DNA of 60,831 nucleotides, counting the filler, from Hausera hauseri (Eukaryota): the NCBI GenBank assembly GCA_046269625.1. It is 11 parts of 11 records of this genome, joined end to end, with 100 filler letters (N's around TTAATTAATTAA, not from the genome) between each part and the next. Parts side by side here need not be neighbours in the genome. Positions count along the whole stretch, not along the records: positions 31,048 to 37,962 come from JBJURY010052219.1; positions 38,063 to 45,312 come from JBJURY010027449.1; positions 45,413 to 50,792 come from JBJURY010266842.1; 8 more parts are not named here. The stretch is one strand, 5' to 3'. Numbering within the stretch: position 1 is the stretch's first letter; every line of letters starts with the position of its first letter. Position numbers and translations under genes: made by a program. Shown in pieces: positions 36,101-47,558 of the stretch. The notes under the pieces were generated by a model. The model was not told the DNA's origin, ran no database searches, and saw only the letters and a program-made list of their open reading frames with translations.

Positions 36101-37010
36101 GAAGGAACAAGAGTTCACTACGCGCTCCATTGTAAAGGATGTATTATTGTGGATCAAGAATAACGGATATGCCCATGAGCTGAGCTATAGGCTCTACTTT
36201 AGAGGAAGGATACTAGACGAATCGGAACTATTAATAGAAGTCGGAATTATTTCGGGTGAAGTAAACCGGTTAGTGGTAACCACCGCTATCGACGAGATAA
36301 AGGAAGAGGCTATAAGGAAGGCTAAAACCGAGCAACAAGTAGGACGAATAATGGGAGTCCGAGATGCAGCAGTATATTTCGAGTACCTACAGACAGATGA
36401 AGATAATGAGCAATATGATAAAAATTTAGTACCGATCAATGACAATGTACCTGCTGCAACAAAGCATAAGCGTCCCGTCGGTAGACCACGGACGATACGA
36501 GAGGAAAACGACTACAATCGAGACCTAGTTAAGGAATTGAGACAAATGTCCATACCGACTCTTAGTGTGGATAATGAGGAACAGAACGAACTGATAAAAG
36601 ATTTGATACGAATAGTAAACCACTCCAGCCTCAGCGGTGATGTGTTAGATGAGAAGGAGAAAGCCATATTTAATGCCGCCAAGGCCATGAAAGGTCTCAG
36701 ATGTAAACTAGCCAAGAGTACCTTGAGCGATGAAATGATAATCGAGAAAATTATGGTAGAAAACACCATACAGGAATTGAGAAAAGTATTGCTATATCTG
36801 GCCATCAAAACCAACCCGAACGGAGAAAATAAATTTAACAAGGCTACTAGCTTGGCAAGGAAGGCTGCCATGAAACTGCCCCGAGAAGTGGACTGGACGA
36901 ATCTATTCGAAAAAGAAGAAGAGCATCAAACTAGATTTCCCTTCGATAACAATAGATTTGGAGATTTGCTACAAAATGTAGCTGGAAATCACAGAGGAGA
37001 TGAATCAAAC
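33190..37010 (+). CDS. Large unknown charged/helical region fused to gag, with a ubiquitin-like domain (36066-36278) and AT-hook (36468-36491); interrupted at 35414-35817
   Basis: Long ORFs 32610-35414 and 35817-37154; RLYFRGRILDESELLIEVGIISGEVNRLV resembles the ubiquitin C-terminal half; KRPVGRPR. No D(T/S)G, YxDD, RNase H or integrase motifs seen. Confidence 0.6.
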
Positions 37011-37962
37011 TTTCTAATCAACTTACTAACCATGATGATGTTGATAAAGCAAATGGACGCAGTCACAGTATATGATTGTGACAAATTTAGACTTGGCCAG
37101 AAATACTCATTAATGATTTGGAAATGTGTGAAGACGCGAGGCCCGACAGATTAGAAACAAAAGAAAAGAGTTATGTATTATACCAACAACACGAACTAGT
37201 TACCCTAGATGGAGTAGAATGTATGTTGCGACGATCTCGCAGCATCTTCCATTGTGGGCTGTTACATGGACACTCATCAATAATCAAACCGACAACTCCA
37301 CCAATTCCGATGAATTTAGAGCGACAGCATTGTAAGCAAGCTAGAGATACGGGAATAATAAAATGGGAGGGCATGGAATTAGAAATGTAACAAGGAAAAA
37401 TAATCAGGGTGTATAAAGTAGCGGCAGAAAGGTTAGATATGCACACCGGGCATTGTCAAGGTGCCGAATACGACACCGGGAAAGGACTAGAATCGAAAGT
37501 CGTAGTAGTAGACTTCTATGAAACCAAAATGCGCGTACAAAAGGTGATGTTCCATAGCGTTACTAAGCTTTACACAGAAAACCACAAGTGCCACATTCAG
37601 GATGGCACATGTCCGTTTCGACGTTCTGTAGTAATTTGGGAACTTCCAGCCAAGACCGATTGTAATTTTATTAGAATTAAAGAACTTAAGTTCAATGAAA
37701 CGACAGGGAAACAATACATAAGTAGTACAGAAACTAATTCTAAGACACGAGAAGTGGTAGCAGAACAGTCCACACCTAGTATACTAATTTCTGACACTCA
37801 TGGACTAAAGTTTTTAAAGAAAGATGTACTCACAAGATGTGATGTCATAATGTATGCCACAAATTATGGAGCATTCTTTGTAGCTGAGACGGAAATAAAC
37901 ACCAGAACGTTTAAACTGGAGACTCAAGACATTCGGATCGAAGATTACTTGAAGAACAGAGA
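37011..37962 (+). pseudogene. env: env-like glycoprotein related to chuvirus (Jingchuvirales)-type fusion proteins; cut off by the contig end
   Basis: Signal-like FLINLLTMMMLIKQMDA, then VYDC..YSL..LEMC..LYQ..CMLRRSRSIFHCGLLHGHSSII..C..TG..GHCQGAEY..VVV..C..GTC..W..DCNF..RC..ATNY. The Cys/motif pattern matches what I recall for chuviral G. One frameshift (~37115) and one stop (37388). Confidence 0.75.
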
Positions 37963-38269
37963 NNNNNNNNNNNNNNNNNNNNNNNNNNNNNNNNNNNNNN
38001 NNNNNNTTAATTAATTAANNNNNNNNNNNNNNNNNNNNNNNNNNNNNNNNNNNNNNNNNNNNTTATTAAGCCCCCACCGACTCAAATTGGTGTAGATTGA
38101 ATAATATTACAAATCATGAGGAAGAGCACTTAATAACCTACAATAAACAAATTTAAATTGAAAATTTGCGGTAACTGGTATTTAAAGTTTTTGTTTCTAA
38201 TTCTAAACTCCATTAATCCATTAATCAGTTAGTTTATTATTTTTATGAAAATGTCAGACTCGACAAATT

Positions 38270-39145
38270 TAAAGCCGGGCCAAAGAATGGAAATAATCGC
38301 AACTGGTATGCAAATTGAAAACTCAGGACGAAACGTTACCTATGTGGAAATACCAAAGAAGACAGGTTTCAATAAAAAACTTGCAAGATTTAATGTGGAA
38401 TCGAAATGATTTATTGTTGAAAACAGGAATATTATGTGATCGTGAAAAAGTAGATCAGGTCGTCCAGTTCACCAGTTATTTTCAAACAAACAAGACGTCG
38501 ATCATGCAGTTGCTGTATATGAAAATTAGGAATGTGGACACCATTTAAAAGATGCTGCCAACGAACTAGGAAGTACATTAAAAAGGTATTTGAAAAGCAT
38601 AGTTCCATGGAAAAAACACCAAAAAGAGGAGAAAAATCAGAATTATTTTGTCTGTGCTAAAAAGCTGCAATTTGCTCGAACACTGTTGAATAGACGGGGC
38701 CAATTAATATACTTATTTTAGAACATCAGATTTCTTGATCATAAAAACGCATGTATATGGTTAAAATTGGACACACCAACGTTAGTGTCGAAGAAAATGT
38801 TCAATAATATCATTAACACCCTTAATAGACGCAAAATGTAATCCCTCTGTCCATGGTATGTTTGTAGCAAATCAAATTGGTTGCGATGTTTATTTGTATG
38901 GAAAAACTAAACTGCATCCAAGAAAACAAGTTGAAAAATGGGTTTATGAAAAGGCAAACGAGCAATATTACTTGTGCCGTTTGAAAACCTGTGTTGTTCC
39001 ATTTGTGAAAGCAACAAATTCCAAAATTTTAATGTCAGATTGTGTGAATGCGAACCATACATTACAAATTCAACAATTTTTGTCTGAAAATGGAATAGAA
39101 TTGTATGGAAGCGCTGAATATCATCATCGGGTTGAAGATGCATAA
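38270..39145 (+). mobile_element. IS630/Tc1-like transposase remnant
   Basis: GRPVH; KKLQFARTLL; EQYYLCRLKTCVVPFV..ILMSDCVNANHTLQIQQFLSENGIEL (second catalytic D region). Confidence 0.5.
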
Positions 39146-39170
39146 CTGCCGTACTCTAACGGCTCTTCCA

Positions 39171-39310
39171 TTGGGTTGTTCGCAAAGTAATTTCGTTTTT
39201 TTTCTCAAAATGAAAGACGATATTTTTACAGTAAATATTTTATTGAATTATATATTGTCCATTCTGATCCAATATCTTTTGCCATCTTTCTGGCATGTTT
39301 AGATCCGACA
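39171..39310 (-). mobile_element. mariner 3' end with TIR
   Basis: MPERWQKILDQNGQY (mariner C-terminus), then the TIR TTGGGTTGTTCGCAAAGTAATTTCG at 39171. Confidence 0.75.
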
Positions 39311-39413
39311 CAAATTACAGATAATATTCCATAACGTTCGAAAAAAGCAAATATCGATTTATTTATTGCTTATTAATTACAACAATAATCTAACAATAAT
39401 AAATATCTAATTT

Positions 39414-39700
39414 CTACAGTAGTTCATACTGGCGCAGATGCATACGTTGAATGATATCCTTACAGTCATTGAACACCCGTCGAATGTTTTCAGTATCAAC
39501 AGCACATGTGAAATGAGAGTAGCAATAGTGCCGATCATCATTGCTTGTCGTCGTTATTTTCAAAACTTTTCTCTAAAAATATTTTGCTCTAGTAAATTCT
39601 AATTCTTCTACGTGGTTATAACACCGAGCTTCAGCTGGCAAGGTATATCGCGCATAATCAGGGAAGTAATCTTCAAATTTGGATCCTCTCTTAACACCAT
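39414..39700 (-). pseudogene. GNAS: G protein alpha-s C-terminal fragment, intronless, with native stop and 3'UTR-like AATAAA
   Basis: [72 protein letters not shown], the diagnostic Gs-alpha C-terminus. Confidence 0.95.
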
Positions 39701-39702
39701 AT

Positions 39703-39833
39703 TGTACGACGAGCATACTGTAACAAAAATAATTGCTGTAACATCGTTGAAGCACTGACTTTTAATACATGCGGTTGAAATTAGTGTGTCATTTGTTGAA
39801 GGCACGAGTTACATCCGCGACCGTGGCACTATA
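39703..39833 (-). repeat. Probable 3' LTR with upstream PPT
   Basis: PPT-like GGGGTGGTGA, then TATAGTGCC...TCGTACA; same position relative to integrase as the LTR at 17282-17472. Confidence 0.6.
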
Positions 39834-42800
39834 TCACCACCCCGTGGCAAAAGAGAAACTATGTAAGATTAAAAGGAAAGATAAAAACAATAAATCGCAA
39901 CAAAGGAACAGTGCTTAATGCCTATTCGGTTTTAGTATGTATCAGGCGTTGTGTACCATCAAAGAATTTTTCCTTGGTGTAAGTGCTAAATTTCATTGCG
40001 TTCCTTACTTAATTGATTTGTGCATGGTTGTTGAACGACATTTTGTGGTGAAAGTTTTGTGAGATTATCTGGTTCAATAGATGTAGGTAATGGAGGTGAA
40101 AAAAGTAGTGGAGATGATGAAAGAGAGGGAAACGAGGTGACAGAGTGTGACAGAGAAGTGATTGCTGCAACGGCGCAAAGTCATGGAGGAAGTCTGAGGA
40201 TGGAATGGAAGGAGTAAGAGTTGAGTTTGAATCGGAGGTCGAGTTGGCATCCGGATTGTCATCAATAAAGAAAGCGGGCTTCAGATTCAAAATATGAATG
40301 TTGTAAGATTTGTCGTGGTGTAAAATGGTAGCTGTGTGAGATGATGGATTAAGGAGTTTGTATTGGCCAACATATTGTGGCCTAAAACCCTAAGGCTACT
40401 GATCCTTCAGCCACACAAACTTGACGGAATGAACGATTTGTTATTGTTAAAGAGACGGCAGAACGAGTCTGAGCTGACCTCAACGAAATGACATTGTGGT
40501 GCACGAATGTTTTCGTCTGTGGCATTGTCGTCGTGGTTGGAAAGTTCAAATAGAGCCCGTATTGGAGTCCCAAAAGTGCCTCGGCTGGAGCACAACTGGT
40601 AGTGGTGGAGGGTGTGTTGCGCCACCCTAGTAGAACAAATGGTAGAATGGACGTCTAATTACGATGATTATCAGCCATGATTTTTAAAGAAATTTTCATT
40701 GTTTGATGGGACCTTCCAAGGAGGCCATTCACTTGAGGTTGATATGATGTTGTGTGGAAATGGGATATCCTCAAGCGCTTACCAGGTGATTTGAAGAGTT
40801 CCAACTCAAACTGAGGACTTTGATCCGTTATTATATAACGTGTGAAACCAAAACAACTGATCCAGATTTTTATGAAGATATCGGCTACTGAATCAATATT
40901 TGTTGAACGGAGAGGAACGGCTTCAGGCCAGCAAGAAGCACGATTCATCATAGTTAGGATATGTTGATGCCCGTTGTCAGAAGGTAAAGGGCCAACGAGA
41001 TCACGATGAACTGTATGAAAACGTGGTGTACAGAGGAAATGGTAAAGCGGCGGTATAAGGTTTTTGTTGATTTTGTATTTTTGACAGGCTGCACATTCCT
41101 TAACCCAGCCCTGTACATTTTTGCGCAGGCGAAAGGCTGCTTTTGAATCCGGATGATGGAGTGAATGCGTATGAAGGATAGCTGGCTTTTGTAAAGGTGG
41201 AGTTAGAATGATCTTTTGATTACCGAAATTTTAAGTATCATATGCAATTCCGTCAATGATATCAAAGGATTTGAAGGAGCTAAGGAAGTCAACGGATGGT
41301 TGATTGTCCTTAAAGACTTCGGAGGAGAACATGGGCTCAACAGTAATGGAGCCAACTTACCTCGACAGAAAATCTGCGACAAAATTGTCTGTACCTGAAA
41401 TGTATTCTAAAACAAAACTGAATGTAGATAGGTATGATATATGTCGTTTTTGCCACGGTAATGGCTGCTTTAATGATATGATATGCAGAAGAGGCTTGTG
41501 GGCAGTTTGAATAACGAATGGACGAGAGAGACAAAGGTGTTTGAAATGTTTTACTGCCAGAACTATGACGAGTAACTCACGGTCAAATGTTGAGTAACGG
41601 CTTTCGAGTTGTGTGAGTTTTTGAGAGTAAAATTCTAATGGTTCGTCAAAGCCATTTGAAATCTGGTGCAGTACTGCACCGGTAGCTGTGGTAGAGGCAT
41701 CGGTGGTAAGTATAAGATCAGCGTTGGGTTTTGGATAAACCACTATTTCGACAGTTTTTAGGCCTCCGCGTAAGTTTTCGAATTTTTTGACTAATTCAGA
41801 TGTCCAATGGATTAACTGCTCTTCTTTATGGATAAAAGCCGTGCAAAAGACGCTGTAAGCTCAGAACAATGTGGCACGTATTTGTAAACGAAATGTAGTG
41901 TGCCTAGAAAACACCTCATATCTGTGGTGGTCATTGATAAAGTTACGGTTTTTAGTTACTGTAATCAATCCGATTGTGGAGAGTGACCGTTGGGAATGAT
42001 GATGTAGCCTGGAAAATTGATACATTTTTTAAAGAAATAATACTTAAAGAAATTGACTTGTAAGTTTTTGTGACGTAGTTTGTGAAAAATAATTCGGAGA
42101 TATTCATGATGTTGTTTGACAAAAGTGGAGGCAACTAATATGTCATCAATGTACGGATGAGCAAAGTCAAGTCCTGATACAACAGTATCAATGTGTCGTT
42201 GAAAAGTTTGGGAAGCGTTACGTAAGCCAAATGGCATAAAGATATATTTATAGAGGCCAAATGGAGAAATAACAGCAGTTTTTGGAATGTCATCAGGTGC
42301 AACCAGAATTTGATGATAAGCTTTATGAAAATCAATTGTGGAATACGTATTAGTATTGGTAATACTGTGCAGGATGTCCTTTATGACAGGTGAATGGTAA
42401 AGATCCAGGGCTGTTAGGTTGTTTAACTGCCGGTAGTAACCACATGGTCTGTAAGTGCCATCTTCCTTTGTTAATACATGTAATGGTAAAGCCCATGATG
42501 GGTTTGATTTTCGAATAATACCAGACTTTTCGAGTTCACTGACCTCTAATTCAACGGCTTTTCGTCTGCAAGCAGGCAGTGGTCTGACCTTTTGTCTCAC
42601 GGGTCTTTGTTGTTCGGTGACTAGATGGTGATGAGTTGTAGAAGGCGGCTTGAAATTGACGTATTTTTTGAGAGTGCGGAAGCAAGAAGTTGTGATGTAG
42701 GATTTAATACTGGAGTCCATCGATAAGAATAATTGAGGCATATTATCGGAAGAGTTAGTGGCTGTAGTTAACGTAGAATGACTGAACACGCTACTAATTA

Positions 42801-43870
42801 CATTCGGTTCAACAGATAGTTTCAAAATTGAATTGGTGCCATTTGACGCAATTGAAAATATGGATTAATTATTAAACGCATTGTTGTCAGCAGACGAACA
42901 GCATGTTATATTTACATTTGAATGAACAGAAGAAGGCAAGGTGTCCGAATGGTCGTCTGGAAGGTATTTGTTTGTACATACAACGAAGTTTCTGTGTAGA
43001 AGACATTCATGCTTGCAGTCAATTAACAGATCATGTGCAGCAAGGAAATCGTAGCCTATTATTTGTCATCTGGTACCTACAATGTGCAAGGTTTGTCCAC
43101 AGGCAGTAAACAGTGGAAGAGAATAAATCACAGTATATATAAGAGCGAAAAATAATGAAAGAATTGAATAGGCACATTCTGAATCGATAAAAAAGTCGAT
43201 GTATGAAGTTACTTTAAATAATCGTGCAGCTTTCAACAAAAAGACTGCAAAGGCAATATTGAAACGGCCAGAGGATTGAAAGGTATTGCCAATGCCAGAA
43301 TGTGCCGTGTCATCTTGCGGCGTTATTGGTTTTTGCGTGTTGAGGAGAAAAAGAAGAACGAAAAGAAGAAGGAGGAGAAGAAGAAGAAGGAAAGCTGGAG
43401 CTGTTCTTATAATGCTTGCACCACCGGCATGCATGAAATGGCTTCAGATTGATACCTTGTGTGATATATACAAGTAGGGGCGTCCACTGCAAAACGCTCG
43501 TTATAAAAGCGACAGCCCAAAAGACACTTCTTCGCGTCTCTGCGGAACGTGTCATGATAAAAACAAATTATCCGTTTTCCCGGCGATTTGTCACGAAAGG
43601 AATGCTTAGAGAAGATACGCTAACGCAAGGTACAAGTCTCACCTCGTCGAGATGCAGCTAAAGTATTTAGCTGGATTATAATGGCAGAAATTGAATGTTG
43701 CAGAGTGTCATATTGCTTTTGCATTCTTTGTAGTTGCTGTGCGAACGTAGTCGTATCTGCTTCTGATTTATTAAGCTGGGTTGCAGCAGCTAACTAATCT
43801 GACATTGATTTCTTGAATATCATTGAGACAAATCAGACTAAACTTGTTTTGAGATATAAGCATTTTCGGT
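39834..43870 (-). mobile_element. pol: Ty3/Gypsy internal region: gag, PR, RT, RNase H, IN (decayed)
   Basis: gag CFYHDTF..KC and CIYHTRY..C; PR FFIDSECA..IIGYDFL; RT PWALPL..YRPCG.YRQLN..MPFGLRNASQTFQR..YIDDIL; RH TTDAS..YSTFDRELL; IN IITDQSPQFE..YQPQVNG. Confidence 0.93.
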
Positions 43871-44399
43871 TTTATAACCAAGGTTTTGGAGTATATATGT
43901 ACTCTTCTATCGCAATTCTGGTTGCTTGAAAATAATTATAAATAAAGCCTTAAAATCATTTCAAACTTTCAAAAATCTGCTAAAATCTGATAAAATGGTT
44001 ATGTAGATTTTTTCTTTTCTTTTTTATTTATAAATTCTAGATTTCCACGTCAACTACTGCACAAATAAAAATTATTCAGAAGAAAAATGCTACCACGCAA
44101 TGGAGTGAAAGTCGACGGGTCCCAATTTTACATTTGCCGGACATGGAAGGTTGTATCTGGTTTACAATTCCCGGCATTCAACATCAACACCATCTGACAA
44201 TGTTTAACAAACCAAAGAAAACCACACCGCAAAAACACAGAGAAATGATAAATAGGGCAAAACAGTTTATATCAGAGCAACGAATTCCGACAACCGATCA
44301 TCCCGCGCAACAACCAGAAAAACAGCCGATAAAATAAATCCAACAGTAGCCTGTGAAACCAACATCATCATCGCGTAAGCGGGCTAAATGACCGATGAA

Positions 44400-45312
44400 A
44401 CGAAATTCTGATAAGCATGCGAAGAAATCGAAAATGGATTCTGTGAAAAATCTACGACTTGATGTTCAAGCTATGTTTGCTAATAATTATGTGAACCTTT
44501 GCTTTAATGTTTCGCCTGACCAACACATTTCTACTCGACAACCTGAGAAAATTCTGTGTACTATAGACATGTACACTTTTCGGTTTTCTTCGTGTAAGAT
44601 AAAATAAGGACTTGATATTCTGTTTGCGTATATTGTAGGCAAATTTAAGAAGGAGTATATTTTACATGTAGCTGTCCCTTACGAAAAAAGTTATCCGCAA
44701 TAGGTAGCTGATACTCTGCGTGAGCGAGTTAAGAATTTTTGCCAAAATAAGTAGTGGATGGAAGGTAGTGAACATTCTGAAATACTGTTTTCATATAGTT
44801 AGAACAAGTCTACTACTCTATCTTTCTGGAAAAGCCTATTTACCAACACCTGGCGAATTGACAAATGCGATGGCTTTTGTTAATATACAAAATGAGGTCA
44901 ATTTGTTTTTCCTGTACCCGACTCTTCTCGTGACCAAATATTCTCATATTGACTGTAATAGATGTAGAGTAAATAACGATGTTCCATACTTAGGTGACTT
45001 GAGATATTCTTTGGATGATATGCCTATGAAAATATGCAACATAGGTAAACATGCAGATTCCGCAGTTATCAATTAATGTCTTCTTGTTTCACGATGAGGA
45101 TATTGTGAAAAATCCATTCGTCGATATTTTGTATAGAAGAAAAAATCCGAATGGTACTGTAGTGAACTTGTTCAATGTAAACATTGATGTGAGAAATGTT
45201 TGCATGGCTTTAGGGTTGACACTGCTTACGCTAATCATTTACAAATGTTCATGTCTTCTTCCAAATGCACAACTTTGTACAGAATGCCTGAAAACAAGTA
45301 TTGTAAATTTAA
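44400..45312 (+). pseudogene. polB: Polinton PolB N-terminal remnant (copy 3)
   Basis: SSGWKVV..YLSGKAYLPTP..FVNIQNE..MPMK..SINVF..KNPFVDILYRRKNPNG..VNL, collinear with copy 2 at 9780-10260. Confidence 0.8.
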
Positions 45313-47558
45313 NNNNNNNNNNNNNNNNNNNNNNNNNNNNNNNNNNNNNNNNNNNNTTAATTAATTAANNNNNNNNNNNNNNNNNNNNNNNNNNNNNNNN
45401 NNNNNNNNNNNNTTTGACTTTATTTGTCCTTGTCATAATTTTGATCAGAAACCACATCTCTGTAGCCTCCGGCTGTTTTAATATTTACACACTGCCCATT
45501 ATTCTCTTCCCTAAAATAGAATATGTATTATGTAACTCTATAGAACCTTTTTACTTTCTAGTGCCAAATACTTGTATGATGTTTCCGTTTCATGTGTTAG
45601 AAACAATATCGCTTTAGCTTTGGATATTCTGCTTTTCGTCTCGGCAATTATGCTGTTGTTATTTGTTCTCATTTTCCCCAACTTCTTGAACTTATTTACT
45701 GCCGACACTGAAGTTAGCTGGTTTCAAACAATTCCGGGTAAAAACATATTGTACATACCACAAATGTAATATATGTTTCGTGATTTGTTTGGGATATTCA
45801 CACTACAATTCCTATCGATCATTTTCGTCTCGCGCGTATCTCTTCATCCAGATTTGGAACTAACGTGGTGTGAAAGTTGCCGCCCCTGACGTGATATATT
45901 TATTATTGGATTGTGATTATTTGCATAACATTGGTAACTTATACAAGAACAAAGCAGCAGATATTTAATCCTCAAAATGTCAATTTATCCGGAAAGGTAT
46001 CTGCAACTACTTTTAAGAATTGGAAAATGGTTAAGAACTTAAAAATAAAGAATTACGTACATTCCACCAACTATCCCATGTGCAACTAGCAGACATGAGT
46101 CTAATTTCATCAGCCATTAACAACAAGTAATAATAATAAAACAAACGTTTGAAAAACGTCAACTAAAAACGGTTGATTGCATGTAATTTTTAATTTCATG
46201 CCTGTGTGTTATACGGTACAAGTGCAATGGATTCCGATTTGAATAAAACATTAAAACAAAAGTGGAATGAAATATAAGTTGTTGCTTTTGTAAAATTGAA
46301 ATATTTTAATTGTCTAATTTTCGTAAGACAGAAATATCTGAAATTATTTCATAGATAATACTAATGTTCATTACAGATGACACTGATAATTGTACCTGTT
46401 AGTTTTTCTACTTGTGATAGTGCTTCTTTGTATTTTTGTTGACAGAAAATTTGTTCGCAAATTAAAATTGGCAGTTGCTAGGAAAAGTTTAATTGGTGAA
46501 TTTACCTTGGTAACGAATTTTGTGATTGTAACTTTGGTGATTAATTTGGAAATAATTTTTCAGTGTCATCCGTCATTATGCAGAGAAATGGCGCTGGTCT
46601 GCACACGGCCAGCGGTTATAATTGGGATAATTCCACAGACGGTACGTTTTGTTTGATGTGTCAATTTATTGTTATTGGCTTTACCGTTATTGTTGATTGA
46701 ACGTCATTTGTGTAGTTGTATCGTCAAATGTGAGAATAAATCAGTGTACTGCATCGTCAGTGCTTTTGGATTGTCCATCTAATTAAGATTATCTCTGTTT
46801 TTCTCTGTTTGTCTCTTTATTGTTTGCGTTGACAGATTTTCGTGTGGTGCTGTTTTTGGATAGAAAAGTCGTAATAATAAAATGGGATATTTGTTGCATT
46901 GACTACAAAAGTTTTTTACTATTCTATTATTATTATTATTATTGCTCTCTTGTTGATGAATTTTTTGAATTAGGAATAATAAGTATAAAATTTTATTGGT
47001 TATTTGGAGCATATTTTGTTGTCGGAACTATAATTAAATACGTTACTACATTTAGCAACTGTCCGTTGTTTGTTAAATTAGTCAGCATCGATTTTGAAAC
47101 GTATTTGCAGCAATTCGTATGTAGGACTCATCAATTATTTGAATTGTCAAATTTGTGTTTGGTAACTTTTGTAGGATGACAATGGTTGCGGAATAACTCG
47201 CTAACCGTGTCAAATTGAAAGCGATGTTTGATAGATTATACGGCGAGTTTCTTTGATGCGCCAAAGTCGACGGCATTTTGTGTTCTCGACTATGCATGAG
47301 AAACACGTTTTTCGGTAGTGCTAGAGTGTTTGTCGATTTGGCACGTGATTCAAGTTGTGCACATTGCATGGTTGCATGCAGCGTACTCGCCGCCTATGAA
47401 AGACGGCACGAGTGAATGCCGGTTTCGGCACTGTGGGTTTGATCCACACCTGTTTTGGTGCAGCTTTTACGCTGTGTGCAACCAGGCATTTGAGTGAATG
47501 GTATTGAGGTGGGCCGTGTCGATAGGTTTTGTGCTAAGCGCTTGGCGACGAAATGGCA

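Noticed and set aside
33320-36871. Several antisense ORFs opposite the long gag-X ORFs (likewise 26334-26954 and 18141-18377)
   Set aside because: Shadow ORFs of long sense frames with no motifs of their own.
39690-39702. TGGTG after the LTR end as a primer-binding site
   Set aside because: This is a 3' LTR and the sequence reads directly into Gs-alpha coding sequence.
45413-47080. Possible minus-strand host gene with short introns downstream of the fourth Gypsy
   Set aside because: A few GT-AG candidates but many stops and no recognisable protein. Not counted as a fourth LTR-host junction; if real, it would favour a DNA-level origin for the host fragments.
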